From Cyanidioschyzon merolae (lineage: Eukaryota), in NCBI GenBank assembly GCA_000091205.1, contig AP006497.2: 64,000 nt of DNA; one strand, 5' to 3'. Below the pieces are notes generated by a model that had not been told where the DNA came from, did not search any database, and was given only the letters and a program-made list of their open reading frames with translations. Position 1 is the stretch's first letter. Each line of letters begins with the position of its first letter. The translations under genes and the position numbers were made by a program. Below, piece by piece: positions 13,557 to 25,715 of the stretch.

Positions 13557-14198
13557 ATGAGGGCTGCAGCAGGTGTCTGCTTGAAATCACTGAGATCTTG
13601 GGTTTTTCTTGGTTCCACTAGAGGTCACCAGTGTACGCTGTCTGGCTTGGTTGCCCGTACTAGTCAGCAGAGAGGACAAGAGGTGTTTTGGCGTCTAGAG
13701 CGGACCTCGGAAAGCGTGCTCGTACCAACACGACGTTGGTCGTCTAGTTGGCGACGATACGTTGCACATCAGTCGACAGGCGCTGCAGTTGAATCAAAGA
13801 GCACAGTGGGAAAGGCTGAAGAGAACCCTGCCGAAGCAGCAGAGACTATTTCTGTAACCTTTGTGGACCGAGAGGGCGTGCGGCACGCTGTTCGAGCACC
13901 GATCGGCTCCTCGATGCTGGAGGTTGCACACGAAAACCACATTGACCTGGAGGGTGCCTGTGAAGGCTCTCTTGCTTGCTCCACTTGTCACGTCTACGTC
14001 AGTGAGGAACACTTCCGACGCCTACCCGAGCCCACTGACGACGAGAACGATATGCTCGATCTTGCCTTTGGGCTGCAAGAGAACTCGCGTCTGGGCTGCC
14101 AAGTCATAGCGACGAAAGAGCTAGACGGCATGGAACTGACCCTCCCGAAAGCTACTCGGAATATGGCAGTTGATGGGTATGTTCCGAAACCACACTAG
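13404..14198 (+). CDS. Adrenodoxin-type [2Fe-2S] ferredoxin, mitochondrial (Yah1/FDX2-like); probable true start at 13557 (MRAAAGV...)
   Basis: The C-terminal about 110 aa carry the adrenodoxin fold signature: VTFVDREG, ACEGSLACSTCHVYV, LDLAFGLQENSRLGCQ. The upstream part is a long presequence-like region. The ORF-track N-terminus overlaps the divergent EF-G gene and is probably over-extended. Confidence 0.75.
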   Translation: MGSEPHAVPRLALRQRRLPVKRNVAAVCSTPAFRLVVSRLGSFGCRLCGLWMRAAAGVCLKSLRSWVFLGSTRGHQCTLSGLVARTSQQRGQEVFWRLERTSESVLVPTRRWSSSWRRYVAHQSTGAAVESKSTVGKAEENPAEAAETISVTFVDREGVRHAVRAPIGSSMLEVAHENHIDLEGACEGSLACSTCHVYVSEEHFRRLPEPTDDENDMLDLAFGLQENSRLGCQVIATKELDGMELTLPKATRNMAVDGYVPKPH

Positions 14199-14879
14199 TC
14201 TTTTCGAGTCAATCGCTTGAACGATAAGAACCGCACGTGAAAGCGTGTCCTGTTGGAAGTAATGACGCTCGCGTGCGAGACCACTGGACATGCAGCCGCC
14301 AGATGTCGGGGAACCAGGCGTTGGGCGAGGAGGCCTAGCGTATGGTGGAGACGCCACCAATGAGGGCCTTGATCAGATATAGCGACCGGGAGACGGACAC
14401 ACAGACAGCATGACTGACGGACTGACAAACCAACCGATCAACTGGCTGACTGAATGGCTAGCAGACTTACTGACTGACAAACTCGAGCAGAGCATGGGAT
14501 CACAGGTCTCATTGCCAACGACAACGACGCAGCAACATGCTCTATGCCTCGCTTTTCATTTCACCGGTTTTGTTGGATGGGTGGCACATTCCTGGAATCC
14601 CACACAAAGAGTGCGGCCAGCATGACCTGACTCTGGCACACGCTCTGCATCCATCGAGCGCTTGAGACCCCAGCCCACGCCAAAGATAAGTCATGCATGA
14701 AGACGTCACTTGTGCTCCAAAAGCAAATCGTGTTTTCCAGGACGCTGAAATTCGGTTTCCTGGTGTGCTTAAAGGCGCTGCAGCCTCGGGAGCTCGACGT
14801 GCTGAACCATACTCTACAGCTCGCTGTCAGAAATCCAGGATGTACGGTACTGCAGGGTGGACAAGCTTTCAAATTCGGG

Positions 14880-15070
14880 GCACGTTGCTGTTTTTCAAAG
14901 GATCAAACGCTGGATATCCAGTTGTCTAGGTCCAAAACCGGTCCAAATTCGGTGTACATCGCTGTTGTTCAAAGGATCAAAAGCTGAATATCCGGTTGTT
15001 TAGGTCCGAAACCATCCAAATTCGGTGTACATCGCTATTTTTCAAACGATCAAAAGCCGTGTATACAGTG
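14880..15070. repeat. Tandem repeat, about 80-bp unit x about 2.5, preceded by a short (ctga/gactga)n low-complexity tract at about 14400-14470
   Basis: The unit '...caaattcggtgtacatcgctgttgttcaaaggatcaaaagctgaatatccggttgtttaggtccgaaacc...' is repeated with minor substitutions. Confidence 0.75.
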
Positions 15071-15573
15071 ATGCAGGTAAAGCATGCCTCGAATCTGGTT
15101 CGCTTTGCTGTTCTGCAAACAGTCATTGATTGTGAGCAAGTGCAACAGCGTCGCCTCGGATAGACGCTTACGAAAGTGTCGTCCTTGATCTGAAACTGGG
15201 TTGGCATACGTATCGTAGACTTGCCCGGATGCGCCAGCGGGGCGCTCCCATCGACGGCATCAAGCTGCATTTAGTGAGCGTACGCTTTCGTCTGCATGAT
15301 TCAGGACTGGTGGATACGTTTGGGTATTCCCTTCCAAACGTCCTCAGCGACTTTTTCCATGAATACGTCCTAGCACATGTGCTCAAGAGGGCAGCCCCGA
15401 AGGGTCTGGCTAGAACTGCTGCACCTCATGCGTGCATGTGCCGCCGCCGAGCTCCCTTTCGCATACCCGGGAGAGAAGCCACAAACACACACACCGTTAT
15501 CGTCGTGCTTTTCGTTGCTCTCGTCAGCATCTTTGTAGCTTTATACAGTGCTGTCACCATGCAGACGAGCAAT

Positions 15574-17163
15574 CTAGTCGCGGTACTTCATTTCCGAAAT
15601 GGACCAACCAACGGGGTCAAACTGTCGAGCGAAGCGGTGCACTTTGTCCCGAAGCTCCAACAAGGAAGGAAAGCGCGTGCCCTCAGCGCCGTCCGCCATT
15701 AAAGCTCGAAAATCCTTGAGCTTGGGTCCAGCAATCTTCTTGAGCTCTCCCGTAACCTTCAGTCCCTCGTCAACGAGCTCGGCAATGCGTGCAAAGTCTT
15801 TTTCTGTGCAGCCCCGAGTCGTCATGGCGTGCGCACCCATCCGAATGCCGGAAGGATTCATCGCACTTAGATCACCTGGTACCGTGTTCTTGTTGAGCGA
15901 AATATCTGCGAGCTCAAGAACTCGCTCAGCACGAGCTCCATCCAAACCACGGGAGCGCAGGTCGCACAACAGCAGATGATTGTCTGTGCCGCCACTCACA
16001 ATGCTAACGCCGCGTTCCGTCAAACCGCGAGCGAGCGCCTGAGCGTTCGCAAGAACCTGGCGCTGGTACTCTTTGAACTCTGGTGATTTGGCCATCTTCA
16101 GGGCTACTGCTAAGGCACAGATTGTATGGTTGTGAGGTCCGCCCTGGAGTCCGGGGAACACGGCGTTCTTAATTGGATTTTCCAGGTCGTACTCCTCTAT
16201 GATTCCTGTTTTGGGGTCCTTGCTCTTCACGCCTTTGCGGTAAAAGATGAGCGCACCGCGCGGGCCCCGAAGCGCCTTGTGTGTCGTCGTCGTGACGACG
16301 TCTGCATATTCGAACGGCGACGGTATCACACCAGCCGCAACCAGACCACTAATATGCGCGATATCGGCAAGGAGGTATGCCCCTTGCGAGTCGGCGATTT
16401 TGCGCATCCGCTCGTAGTCATAGAGCCGCGAGTAAGCCGAAGCGCCCGCAATCAACAAACGGGGTCTGAAGAGGTTCGCCAATTCCTCTAGCTTGTCGTA
16501 ATCGATGCGCCCGGTAGCCTCGTTTAGGCGATAGGGCATGCTCTCGAAAAAGATGCTCGTAGCGGACACACGCTTCTTGGCTGTCATGAACCCGTGACTC
16601 AAATGGCCGCCGTGCGGTAGGTCAAGCGCCATGATGCGATCATGGGGCCGTAGCAGGGCAGTATAGACGGCCATATTCGCTGGTGACCCGGAGAGCGCCT
16701 GCACGTCAACCCCCCAGCGCTCTGGATCCAGGGAAAACGCTTCCAGTGCCCTTTGCGTACATAGCATTTCCGAGCGGTCAATCCACTCATTCCCTCCATA
16801 ATACCTGGCCCCTGGTCGGCCTTCCGAATACTTGTTGGTTAGAGGCGACCCAATGGCCTCGAGAACGGCTCTCGGTGCAAAGTTCTCCGACGGAATGAGC
16901 GTCACACAAGACCACTGACGCTGCTTCTCTCGTTCTATTATTTCCACAATATCTGGGTCCACTTCCGCTAAGGAAGCGTTCAACACCGGTTCCGCTGTTC
17001 CACGACGCTCCGGCGAGGGTACCGGTTGAGCCGCCGCGAAGAAGCGCTGTCCTCTCGTTGAATTCACCGCCAAGAGGCCCCGTAGTGCGTCTAAGGTTTT
17101 ATTCGCCCCCCAGGTGCCCTTCGAACGACTAATGAATGAGCGTAGAGTAGCAGATGAGAGCAT
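15574..17163 (-). CDS. SHMT: Serine hydroxymethyltransferase (SHMT), probably mitochondrial isoform
   Basis: 529-aa single ORF with canonical SHMT motifs: [54 protein letters not shown]. The N-terminal about 50 aa are presequence-like. Confidence 0.9.
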   Translation of the reverse strand: MLSSATLRSFISRSKGTWGANKTLDALRGLLAVNSTRGQRFFAAAQPVPSPERRGTAEPVLNASLAEVDPDIVEIIEREKQRQWSCVTLIPSENFAPRAVLEAIGSPLTNKYSEGRPGARYYGGNEWIDRSEMLCTQRALEAFSLDPERWGVDVQALSGSPANMAVYTALLRPHDRIMALDLPHGGHLSHGFMTAKKRVSATSIFFESMPYRLNEATGRIDYDKLEELANLFRPRLLIAGASAYSRLYDYERMRKIADSQGAYLLADIAHISGLVAAGVIPSPFEYADVVTTTTHKALRGPRGALIFYRKGVKSKDPKTGIIEEYDLENPIKNAVFPGLQGGPHNHTICALAVALKMAKSPEFKEYQRQVLANAQALARGLTERGVSIVSGGTDNHLLLCDLRSRGLDGARAERVLELADISLNKNTVPGDLSAMNPSGIRMGAHAMTTRGCTEKDFARIAELVDEGLKVTGELKKIAGPKLKDFRALMADGAEGTRFPSLLELRDKVHRFARQFDPVGWSISEMKYRD

Positions 17164-18041
17164 AGAGGCAGTTTATTGAGAGTTATAGCGCACAAGGCGT
17201 GTGAAAACTGGCGGAGCGCACCGCAGGCGTCAGCGATGCGAAACAGCCGGTAAAGGACGCAGATGAATTCGTGGCCGCAGGGACGCGCAGCGCCATGGCG
17301 GCACGCTCGGACGCTGTTGCTACCAAAAGCAGGGGAAGCTCCATGCCGCAGGCCCTGGAGGGTTCCCCCAATGCAGCCCAGATGATGCACACCGTGCAGC
17401 TAGATGCACTCTTCTCCCATGCAGCATAGTCTTATCTTCCAGAGGTACATCGCACCGAAGCTGGTGTGGCGTCCTCGGTTGCACCAGCTGCGGGGCGACG
17501 TCTGCGAGAAACTCTTCAGTGCGTACGATTGTGGAATACTGAACGCACCTGGTTTCCATTTGCCAAAATGTCAAGACTGTCCAGGTATAATTCATGTGAA
17601 GAACAGGATATCCGTTTGGTTCATTCGAGGCTTGTCTCCGGAACGGCTTCGAAATGAGACCAATCATCGTGATCGGGGCAGATCTGTGGTCTCCATGTGA
17701 ATGGCGATACCTGCGGGCGGGGCTGTTGCAGCAGCTTGCAAAGAATGAGACGGTTCCGTTTTTGTAAATGCGTGTACAAGACGGGTCTCTCGCAGAGCTC
17801 GAGAACAATATCGCGTACGCTATCGTAGCGTGGTTGATCATGCAGGCATCGTGCGGATGCACTTCGCCCATCGAAAGACTTCGCTGCGCATATCCGTGCC
17901 GGGCAGGGGAGCAGAATGCTATCGATACTGGCTCGGTGTCCTCATTTGCTGCTTCGGCTTACGGAGGCAGTAGCGAATTGTGCACGGGATCGATGTTGTC
18001 GAAAAGAGCGCCTCTGCGATGAGGCGACCTGAGACATTGAA

Positions 18042-18199
18042 TTGATATCGGGCAAATCCATTCCCAGCGGGCAACTGGAAGTTCGACGCTCGGCAGCGGG
18101 ATCTCGTGGAAGGCAGTACCCGTAGCAGCGATTTGATATCGGGTAAATCCATCCCCAGCGGGCAACTGGAAGTTCGACGCTCGGCAGCGGGATCCCGTG
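18042..18199. repeat. Tandem repeat, about 91-bp period x2
   Basis: 'ttgatatcggg.aaatccat.cccagcgggcaactggaagttcgacgctcggcagcgggatc.cgtg' appears twice, 91 bp apart. Confidence 0.8.
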
Positions 18200-19390
18200 T
18201 ACGAGAAGGCCAAAGCACATGAGCACCCCAACGGGACAAGTCGCGAGCCACTCGCACGATTTGCCGCTGCAGCAAGGTCAGCGAATCGAAACAGAAGACC
18301 ATGGATGGGCGGAAGCTGCCCAACACAGCCAGGAATGTCTGCGTTTTTCTCCAGAAAACTCTAAAAGTTGCAAATCTCAGAACGGTTTGCGTATTTGTTG
18401 AACGCTTGGACGCCAACACGGATACGGGACGATTTTCGAGAGTTTCGCCTCAACGCATGTACTGGAGCCTCTGGACGGACAGCATATCCGCGCGAAGAGA
18501 TTCCATATGTTTCCAGAGACAAAAAGTTTACGTTGATCGGGGATCCCATATTGCGGAATGGGTATTGGCTGTCGGGAAAGTGTCCATCATCCTGCGCTAT
18601 ACTCCCAGATTCCATCACCTGTTCTCGGGTGTACTGGTCGTTTTCTACGTTCGATTTTGCACCGAGCCTGCGGTGAGAACCCGCCTCAGCGCTTATACCG
18701 CTAGAGCAGAAGCATCACGGAGACCGGACTGCTTTGTCATACCAGTGAGGGCGGCGACTCGAGGCAGGGTGCACCCCGCACGGAATCCGAGGACAGTATC
18801 ATTCTGGAGCCGACAATCTGCGCAGGCAGACGTACTGCCTGCGGCACCGCAAAGAGATGTGCTGGGAGACCACGTCGACTAGGGCGATGGCTGGGTGCAT
18901 CCGAACCACTCCTGTTCCCAGAATAAACCTGCATTGCGGACGAGCTGCTCAGGTCTCTTCACAGCACTAGGCACTGGGAAGAGCACGACGCACTTACATA
19001 GCAGACTCGGTCGGCACGCCGGACATTCCGCCTCGAAGGTAAACTTTCCACAATACGGAAACCTTTTCCCCCTTTTAACGCCTACTGTGAAGGTCGAACG
19101 AAAGTATCATCGAATTGCCAGTTAGTGTTTAGCTTCTGTTGTTTTTTCTATAGTGCGGTCGATACGCGCACCTCGATTCCTGGCAGGCATGACACACGAG
19201 ATGCATCTCGCAGTTGATGAGAAACGCGATCCTTTTTTCGCGTGTTGCTCTAGCGTACAAGATGTATTTGCCTGAGCGTAATACCAAAGTAAGTTTCCCA
19301 ACTGAATTGTGTTCCATTCCCAAATTAGTGTATTCAAGTGATTTTTCTCGGTTTATAGGAGACGCGTTCGAAGCGCGTTCATCGTCAGAA

Positions 19391-21600
19391 ATGGAAAATA
19401 CCAGAGCAAGTTATGGACATGGAAGTCGAGGATCCTGGAGGGCCGGTGTCGCCGGCTGCCGGAAAAATTAGGGAAAACAGTGGCGAGCAAAGAGGAACAG
19501 AAGAAGAAGAAGCCAAGCCAGGAGGACCGACATCAATGACTGCTAGAAAGACAACAATGCGACGAGTTGGTTGTGACAGCCTGTCTTCTTGGACATATCA
19601 CAGATCCGTGCAAGCCAAAGTTGCAAGCGGCCATCAGAAATCGTGTCATTTCGTACTCCCTGAGTATTCGAAATGCTTCTTCAGGACTAATGAATTTGGT
19701 GAGCAAGATATATCGCAGCGTGACAATTACGAAAACAGTCGAGATTCCGGAGGAATTTATCTACAAGAGCTTCATTTGTCACCTGATGGTTGGCACAAGG
19801 GAATCATCGAGGAGAAATGGGGGAGTGCACACCCTCCACGAAACCGACGGGGCAACAAAGTACCACAAGAGCCTGAAGAATCATATGACCATGAACCTCG
19901 AACGTTTCATGATACGCGCAGTGTTTGCGCCATACCCGGGAATCTCTCGCAAAGGAATATGGGCGACTATCAATGGCATCACGAACGATGGTCATCATGA
20001 AGATGAGATAGAATTCATCGACAAGAAGACGTCACACAGGAGCAAGAATGAAGCTTCTGTAATCCGTGCGCGTATTCAAGAGCGTCGTGGGTTACTGGGC
20101 GGGCGGATCCAACAGAAAAGATATCAGAGTTGAAAAAAAATATGCAAAGATACTATCGCCTCATCCTACGGTATTTCATGTTCCTGGATCGAGAACTCGA
20201 ACGCAAGGCAGAGGTGACGTTAAGTGGGGGAAAATGAAGAGTGGGAGAGACGGAAGGCTCTCCTAATAGGAGAGCGCTTCAAAGTCGTTCCGTTGTGGAA
20301 CATGAAGTCACATTTTGTGACTACCGACTCCAGAGTCCTTTACGGTATCATGGAGGTGATCAGTTCGGAGTTCGATGTAAGGAAGACAGAGTTCTCTGGT
20401 GAAACCCGGGAACGAACTGGAAGAATATCTTCGATTTCAAACGTCTGAAAGTAAGCAAACAAAAGGTATTCACTGGTATGATCGAAACAGATGGGGTAAC
20501 CATGTGTGTACACTATCGGTGCTTGAAGGTGGATCGCCCAGTTCCGCTCGTGACGAAGCATGAAGATGAGAAGGAGGCGGATCCTTCGACGCAGAAAGTG
20601 CAGGATAACGACTTTGTTGTTGGCGCGGACCCCGGGGAATATGAATATCATAACCAACGCAGCACCCAAGCGTGCGGAAGGTGGCATTGACGGTACCTTA
20701 CGTCAGAAAGACATGCGACTTTTCAGGTTTTCGAGAGCGAAATGCTATCTAGAAACGGGTAGAATGAATGCGAGGAAAAAAATCGAGAAATGGAATGCAG
20801 GAATGAGAGAGCACCTGGAAGCTGTGAGCGATGTGACGAGCCACGGAGCGGACGTTCAGGCTTTTCTGAAATTCATGGAAGTTCGCATATGGCGCACCGG
20901 GATGCGCTGTGGGAGGAGTATGCCAAGCCCCGGTGGGCTCGTTTGCGAATGAATCTATACGGTGGTAAGCAGCGGGCATTTGCGAATTTTTTCAATGAGT
21001 TGAGCTCCCTGAAGGAGGACGAGAGTCAGAGGCTGGTTGTAGCATACGGAGCAGGTCGCTGGATGATCCCGAACGAGACTACGCCAGCTCCAAGGACAAG
21101 AACGTACAAAGAGTGCGCATAGCGTTCCGGCACGATACCTGTAGATGAGTTCCGAACATCGTATACACACCATGAACTGGGGTGTATACTCCAGAGGGTG
21201 TAGATGGAAAAGTGTCAGCGGAGTCCTGAGGATATAGCAAAGTACGGAGCGCTGACGGAGGAGCAAATGGAAAGGGGGCGAAAGTTCGAGGACTTCTCGC
21301 ATTGGTACGTACAATCAATGGCAAGAAACGTATGGAGTTTGTGAACCGAGGCTTGAACGCCGCCATCAATATCAGGAGATGTGCGGTGCTGGAGACGAGA
21401 CCTCCAAAGCTGACGAGAGAGAATTTTGTGGGGGAACCTCTTATGGTCATATTATACGGCAAGAAGCTGGAACCACTCGTAGGTTGCCGGTCCAAAAAAA
21501 CCGGGAGGCGTCTGCACGTCAGTTGGACGCTTTTCGTCTGGGGCGCCGGTCGCCGCCACTTTTGTACACCGCCGGCGGCTGCGTTTTTCTTTAGAACGGC
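19391..21600 (+). mobile_element. Fanzor/TnpB-like element, copy C (degenerate; multiple frameshifts)
   Basis: Collinear homology to copies A/B across ORF fragments 19567..20133, 20224..20448, 20478..20690 ([11 protein letters not shown], a RuvC-I-like DPG motif), 20560..20952, 20790..21122 (LVVAYGAGRW) and 21302..21661 (KRMEFVNRGLNAAINIRRCAVLETRP). A 1-nt indel relative to copy B is visible at about 21270. The 5' end 'tatggacatggaagtcgaggatcctggagg' is shared with the 31.1-kb copy. Confidence 0.6.
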
Positions 21601-21633
21601 CTTCGGTGTTAGCGTTGGCACTAGCAGTTTATC

Positions 21634-23037
21634 ATGTTCAGCTACGCTGGAAACGCTTTGACCCGTCTTACATTTAGCAATGGAATAGAACGTGAACATC
21701 GGAGCGAGTTGACGGGTAGCAGTCGCTCCAGACGGTCGCACCGCCAGGTAACGCTGCCGCTGCGGACGTACGCAGCACGTACGCGCGCTTATAGCTCCGC
21801 CGATGCTACCAAATTTTTGGATGCGAGGAAGTTACCGTTTTTGAGAGCAACGAAAGTGATCAATTGCTGCTCGAGCTTGTCGATGCGGGACTCGGGCAGC
21901 AGTGGTGCAACCGGCACCGCCCCTGTTGGCACCAACAGAAACACAGCAGCGCAGCGGGTCGGACGCGCTGCAGTTGACTGGCAGTCTCTCGGTTTCGGGT
22001 TCACGCCGACCAACTGCTACGTCAAAGCGGTCTGGAGAGAGCAAACTGGGACCTGGTCTCCTGTAGAGGTCGTCCCATACGGACCCAACGGTGAAGCTAC
22101 GTTCCCTCTGCACGTCGCGTCGACGGCCCTGCACTATGGACAGTCCATATTCGAGGGCCTCAAAGCGTTTGCATGTGCCGACGGGCACGTTCGATTGTTT
22201 CGTCCACAGGAGAATGCCCGCCGTCTCGAGCGCTCGGCCTTGCGTCTGAATATGCCAGTGGTACCAGCTGCGCTTTTCCTCGAGGCGGTGACCCGATGTG
22301 TATACGAAAATCTGGAATTCGTGCCCCCGTATGTCGAACAAGGCGGTGGCGGATCACTCTATGTACGCCCTGTTCTGTTCGGATCTGGAGGTCGCATTGG
22401 CCTCGGCCCAGCTGATGAGTATACCTTTATGGTGCTGGTGGTGCCGGTCGGCAACTACTACAAGGGCGGCTTATCGCCAGTCACAGCATACATATCCACG
22501 AATTATGATCGAGCTGCGCCCCGCGGTGTGGGTCACGTCAAAGTGGCAGGCAACTACGCCGCCGACTTGAAACCGAGCATGGAAGCGAAACAACGAGGCT
22601 ACCCGATCAATCTCTATTTGGATGCGCGTGAGCAAAAGTTTATCGAGGAATTCGGAACCAGCAATTTTTCTGCGGTACGCTATCTAGATGAAAACGGAAA
22701 CCGATATGTATACGTTACACCAGACAGTCCCTCGGTTCTGGAAGGTGTCACCAACAAAACGCTCATGGAGCTTTCACTAGATGCAGGGATGAAGGTGGAG
22801 CGACGACGCATTCCTGTCGAGGAGTTGGCAACGTTCGATGAGGTGTTCGCCTCGGGAACCGCTGTTGTGATCACAGCTGTGGACCAGATTGTATATGGTG
22901 ATCAGGTCATCGGCATCGGTAAGCATCCCGGCTCTGGTCAGGTAGGACCTGTGGCGCGCCGACTCTACGACACCGTGCGCGGGCTTCAGACGGGGCGATT
23001 GCCAGACCGGCACGGATGGACGTATTTGGTCGCCTGA
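21634..23037 (+). CDS. BCAT: Branched-chain amino acid aminotransferase (BCAT, PLP fold type IV), probably mitochondrial
   Basis: The catalytic domain from about aa 115 has BCAT motifs: GFGFTPTNCYV, YGQSIFEGLKAF, LYVRPVLFGSGG, VKVAGNYAADL, EVFASGTAVV. The first about 110 aa are presequence-like and the start codon choice is uncertain. The ORF begins less than 50 bp after the end of Fanzor-like copy C. Confidence 0.85.
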   Translation: MFSYAGNALTRLTFSNGIEREHRSELTGSSRSRRSHRQVTLPLRTYAARTRAYSSADATKFLDARKLPFLRATKVINCCSSLSMRDSGSSGATGTAPVGTNRNTAAQRVGRAAVDWQSLGFGFTPTNCYVKAVWREQTGTWSPVEVVPYGPNGEATFPLHVASTALHYGQSIFEGLKAFACADGHVRLFRPQENARRLERSALRLNMPVVPAALFLEAVTRCVYENLEFVPPYVEQGGGGSLYVRPVLFGSGGRIGLGPADEYTFMVLVVPVGNYYKGGLSPVTAYISTNYDRAAPRGVGHVKVAGNYAADLKPSMEAKQRGYPINLYLDAREQKFIEEFGTSNFSAVRYLDENGNRYVYVTPDSPSVLEGVTNKTLMELSLDAGMKVERRRIPVEELATFDEVFASGTAVVITAVDQIVYGDQVIGIGKHPGSGQVGPVARRLYDTVRGLQTGRLPDRHGWTYLVA

Positions 23038-23314
23038 GCGCTGTTCACGGTGCGTTTCCACAGCAACAGGCAGCCGCGTTTGCATACCTCTCACAGAAAG
23101 CAGTGACGAATGAAGAACTGTCTGCGAGCATGTCGGCGCATACGATTTTATGATACGAATGCTGTGCGGCTAGCGACTCAGGAACGAAAGCGCACGCGTC
23201 TCAGTACTTGGCCAAGCTCGATCGAATTCCGATGGACTGGGGAGCGTTTGCGTCAGCCAGTGTTCCATTGCTCGCGCTTTCCAGTGTGAATCGCGAGGCT
23301 AGATCGCCCTAGTA

Positions 23315-24427
23315 TCATCCATGCTGGGTTTGGTCGTAGCCGGCTCCCTGGACAAGTTTCTCGACCGCGGCGGCCGCCTTGGGGTCCATGCCGGACTCCG
23401 AGTCGTCAATCATGCTTGCAGCCAAGCGGAAAATTCCGACCAGAGCTGCCAGCTGAATGCGCTCTGAGGTTGCGCTTACGAGACGCCATTCCATGTTGGC
23501 TAGCTGCTCAAACAAAAACGCCTTCACCTTTGGGCTGAGCTCCATGAGCATAACGGCCTCATGGAGGCCGTGGATCATGTCGAGCAGGGCAAAGCCCTTA
23601 CCTTTCTTGATTTCGCTTATTTTGCAAAAGGCTTGTGCGAAAGGATCGTAGAGCAGTATCTGGGCGATCGCATGCAGATCAGCGGGGCTGGGCATGCCAG
23701 CATTCGCATAGACTCCATCTTCTGTGACTCGAGCGGAGGCAGATGCGAGGAATGTGCTTTGCATGAGGTAAATGGCCCGTCGCATGTCGCCTTGTGCGAT
23801 GCGGGCTAGCGCATCGAAAGCGGCCCGATCTACTGGGACGCCTTCGCGATCGGCAATGTACTCAAGACGCTGGATCATCTGCGCAACTGGTACCGGTTGG
23901 AAGCGGAATCGGGTACATCGCGACTGGATGGCGGGAATAATCTTGTTGGCGTAGTTGCAAATCAGGCAGAACCGAATGTTGCTCGTGTACTTTTCCATGA
24001 TCCGGCGTAGCGCTGCTTGGGCCGCGGAGGTCATCGCATCCGCTTCATCAAGGATAACCAGCTTTATCCCGGCCTTCAACGCGTAAATGTGTCGAGTCGA
24101 GGCAAAGGTTTTGATTTGCTCGCGGACGACGTCGATTCCCCGGTCGTCTGAAGCGTTGAGTTCGAGTACCATTGTCTTGAACTGAGCCCCGAACATTTCT
24201 CGTGCACAAGCGAGGATTGCTGTCGTTTTGCCTGTTCCCGGTGGCCCGTAAAAGAGCAAGTGGGGCAAGGTGCGTTCCGCTATCAACCTGCGGAGCGTTC
24301 CGCGGATTTCATCGTGGGCAACGATCTCGTCAAGCTCGCGAGGCCTGTACTTTTCGACCCAGATTGTCTCCGACTGCTCGCTCTGTGTCGCTGTCAGTCG
24401 ACCGTTTGAAGACATTCCGATTCGCAA
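23315..24427 (-). CDS. Replication factor C small subunit (human RFC5 / yeast Rfc3-like AAA+ clamp-loader subunit)
   Basis: WVEKYRP box, Walker A LLFYGPPGTGKTT, DEAD-like ILDEADAMT, SRC motif IQSRCTRFRF. 370 aa. Confidence 0.85.
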   Translation of the reverse strand: MRIGMSSNGRLTATQSEQSETIWVEKYRPRELDEIVAHDEIRGTLRRLIAERTLPHLLFYGPPGTGKTTAILACAREMFGAQFKTMVLELNASDDRGIDVVREQIKTFASTRHIYALKAGIKLVILDEADAMTSAAQAALRRIMEKYTSNIRFCLICNYANKIIPAIQSRCTRFRFQPVPVAQMIQRLEYIADREGVPVDRAAFDALARIAQGDMRRAIYLMQSTFLASASARVTEDGVYANAGMPSPADLHAIAQILLYDPFAQAFCKISEIKKGKGFALLDMIHGLHEAVMLMELSPKVKAFLFEQLANMEWRLVSATSERIQLAALVGIFRLAASMIDDSESGMDPKAAAAVEKLVQGAGYDQTQHG

Positions 24428-25715
24428 AGCGCGGGTCGTGTTCCGGACGCCCAGGAATGCCGTCCCGAGTTCACTTTGACAGCAGCGACGCTCGACAAAG
24501 CTGCTTTTCCTGGTTTACGGAGCAGCCTACAGCGGAATCGTACCCAGCGTAGCGACAGCGCAGCGTCAAGCGACACTGTTTCGCGGGTAGCGTTATCGCC
24601 GCGCGCTCTGCAGCGGGTGTACGCACAGGCCTCGACTCGACGACCGCAGACAGCGGCACACTACGAGGCCGCTATCTCTGCGTCCGAGGACAGCAGTGGT
24701 CATCCAGCGCCATGACTCCGTGTTTGTCCTGGGACTGGGGTGGACTCGAAAGTCGCAGAATCCCTTGATCCGTCGAGCGTCTATGCCCCCGACCACAAGG
24801 TCGGTCTGGAGCTGCTGGAGCGCACATATGTCTGCGCAGGCAGGCGCTAACACCTGTTTCCTGGACTGTGTAGTCTCTTGGTACTCGGGTGCCTCGCTGA
24901 ATCAATGTAGAGCCATTTAGTTTACACCATGAAAGAAAAGTGACGCTGAGTGCTCCAATGTCTGAAAAGGAAACGTATAAACTTGTGTGGAAATGTCGTT
25001 GGCGTGCATCCAGCGAGGCTTACGCGCTCAATGGGAAACAGAACTGTTGGCGTGCTTGCCATCGAAGGATGCCGTACGCCTGCATGCAAACTGACCTCTG
25101 TGGAGATGCTCGCCAGTTAGCACTCGGGGGATGCATCGTACACACCTAGCTTGTCGTCCGTTCGAGCTGCGTCTGTGGTCGACGAAATCACGACATGCTA
25201 GAGAGCGCCAGCACACACGGGTCACGACTTGAACACCGCAGCGCTGGGGGCGCGTACGCCCGTCGTGCGCAAGCGCCGTCAGTATCGACTGCTGCAGGTT
25301 GCGGTTAGCTGCTCGCCACAACAGTACGGGAGTTAGATAGCGTTTGACTCTTGAACGGTGTCGGTGGTAATGATGGAGTGCCCTGCGCGGGATCTGTGTT
25401 GCGTTGACCATGCTTAGTGACTGCAGCGCTTTTGTGGTCGTTCCAAGGTTCTGCTACCGGTTGCACGTGGGCGCGTCGCCGCCCGGAGCGTTGCAGTCGT
25501 CACGACGGCGAGTGGCTAGGTTACGGGAGCGCTCTGCTGGCACGCTTCCCTGGGCACGTGCAACATTCTGCAAGGCTGGGTGTCGTATTGGCAGCAGCAG
25601 TTGCAGCGTGTTGCTTCGCTGGAAGTCGTGCTTTCTTGCCGGTGAGGAGCGTTCGCACCTCCGCCAGCTCGGAAGCTTGGTACAACAACCGGGCGCTCTC
25701 CGTCAGCACGTAAGT

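Noticed and set aside
17320-17871. 183-aa ORF upstream of SHMT on the minus strand
   Set aside because: No homology signal. It overlaps other small ORFs and is probably 5' flanking sequence of SHMT.
18301-18882. 193-aa ORF (+) and opposite-strand peptide 'DDGHFPDSQYPF...PINVNF' loosely resembling a DDE_3 tail
   Set aside because: The similarity is too weak and short, and there are no accompanying HTH or first/second catalytic regions.
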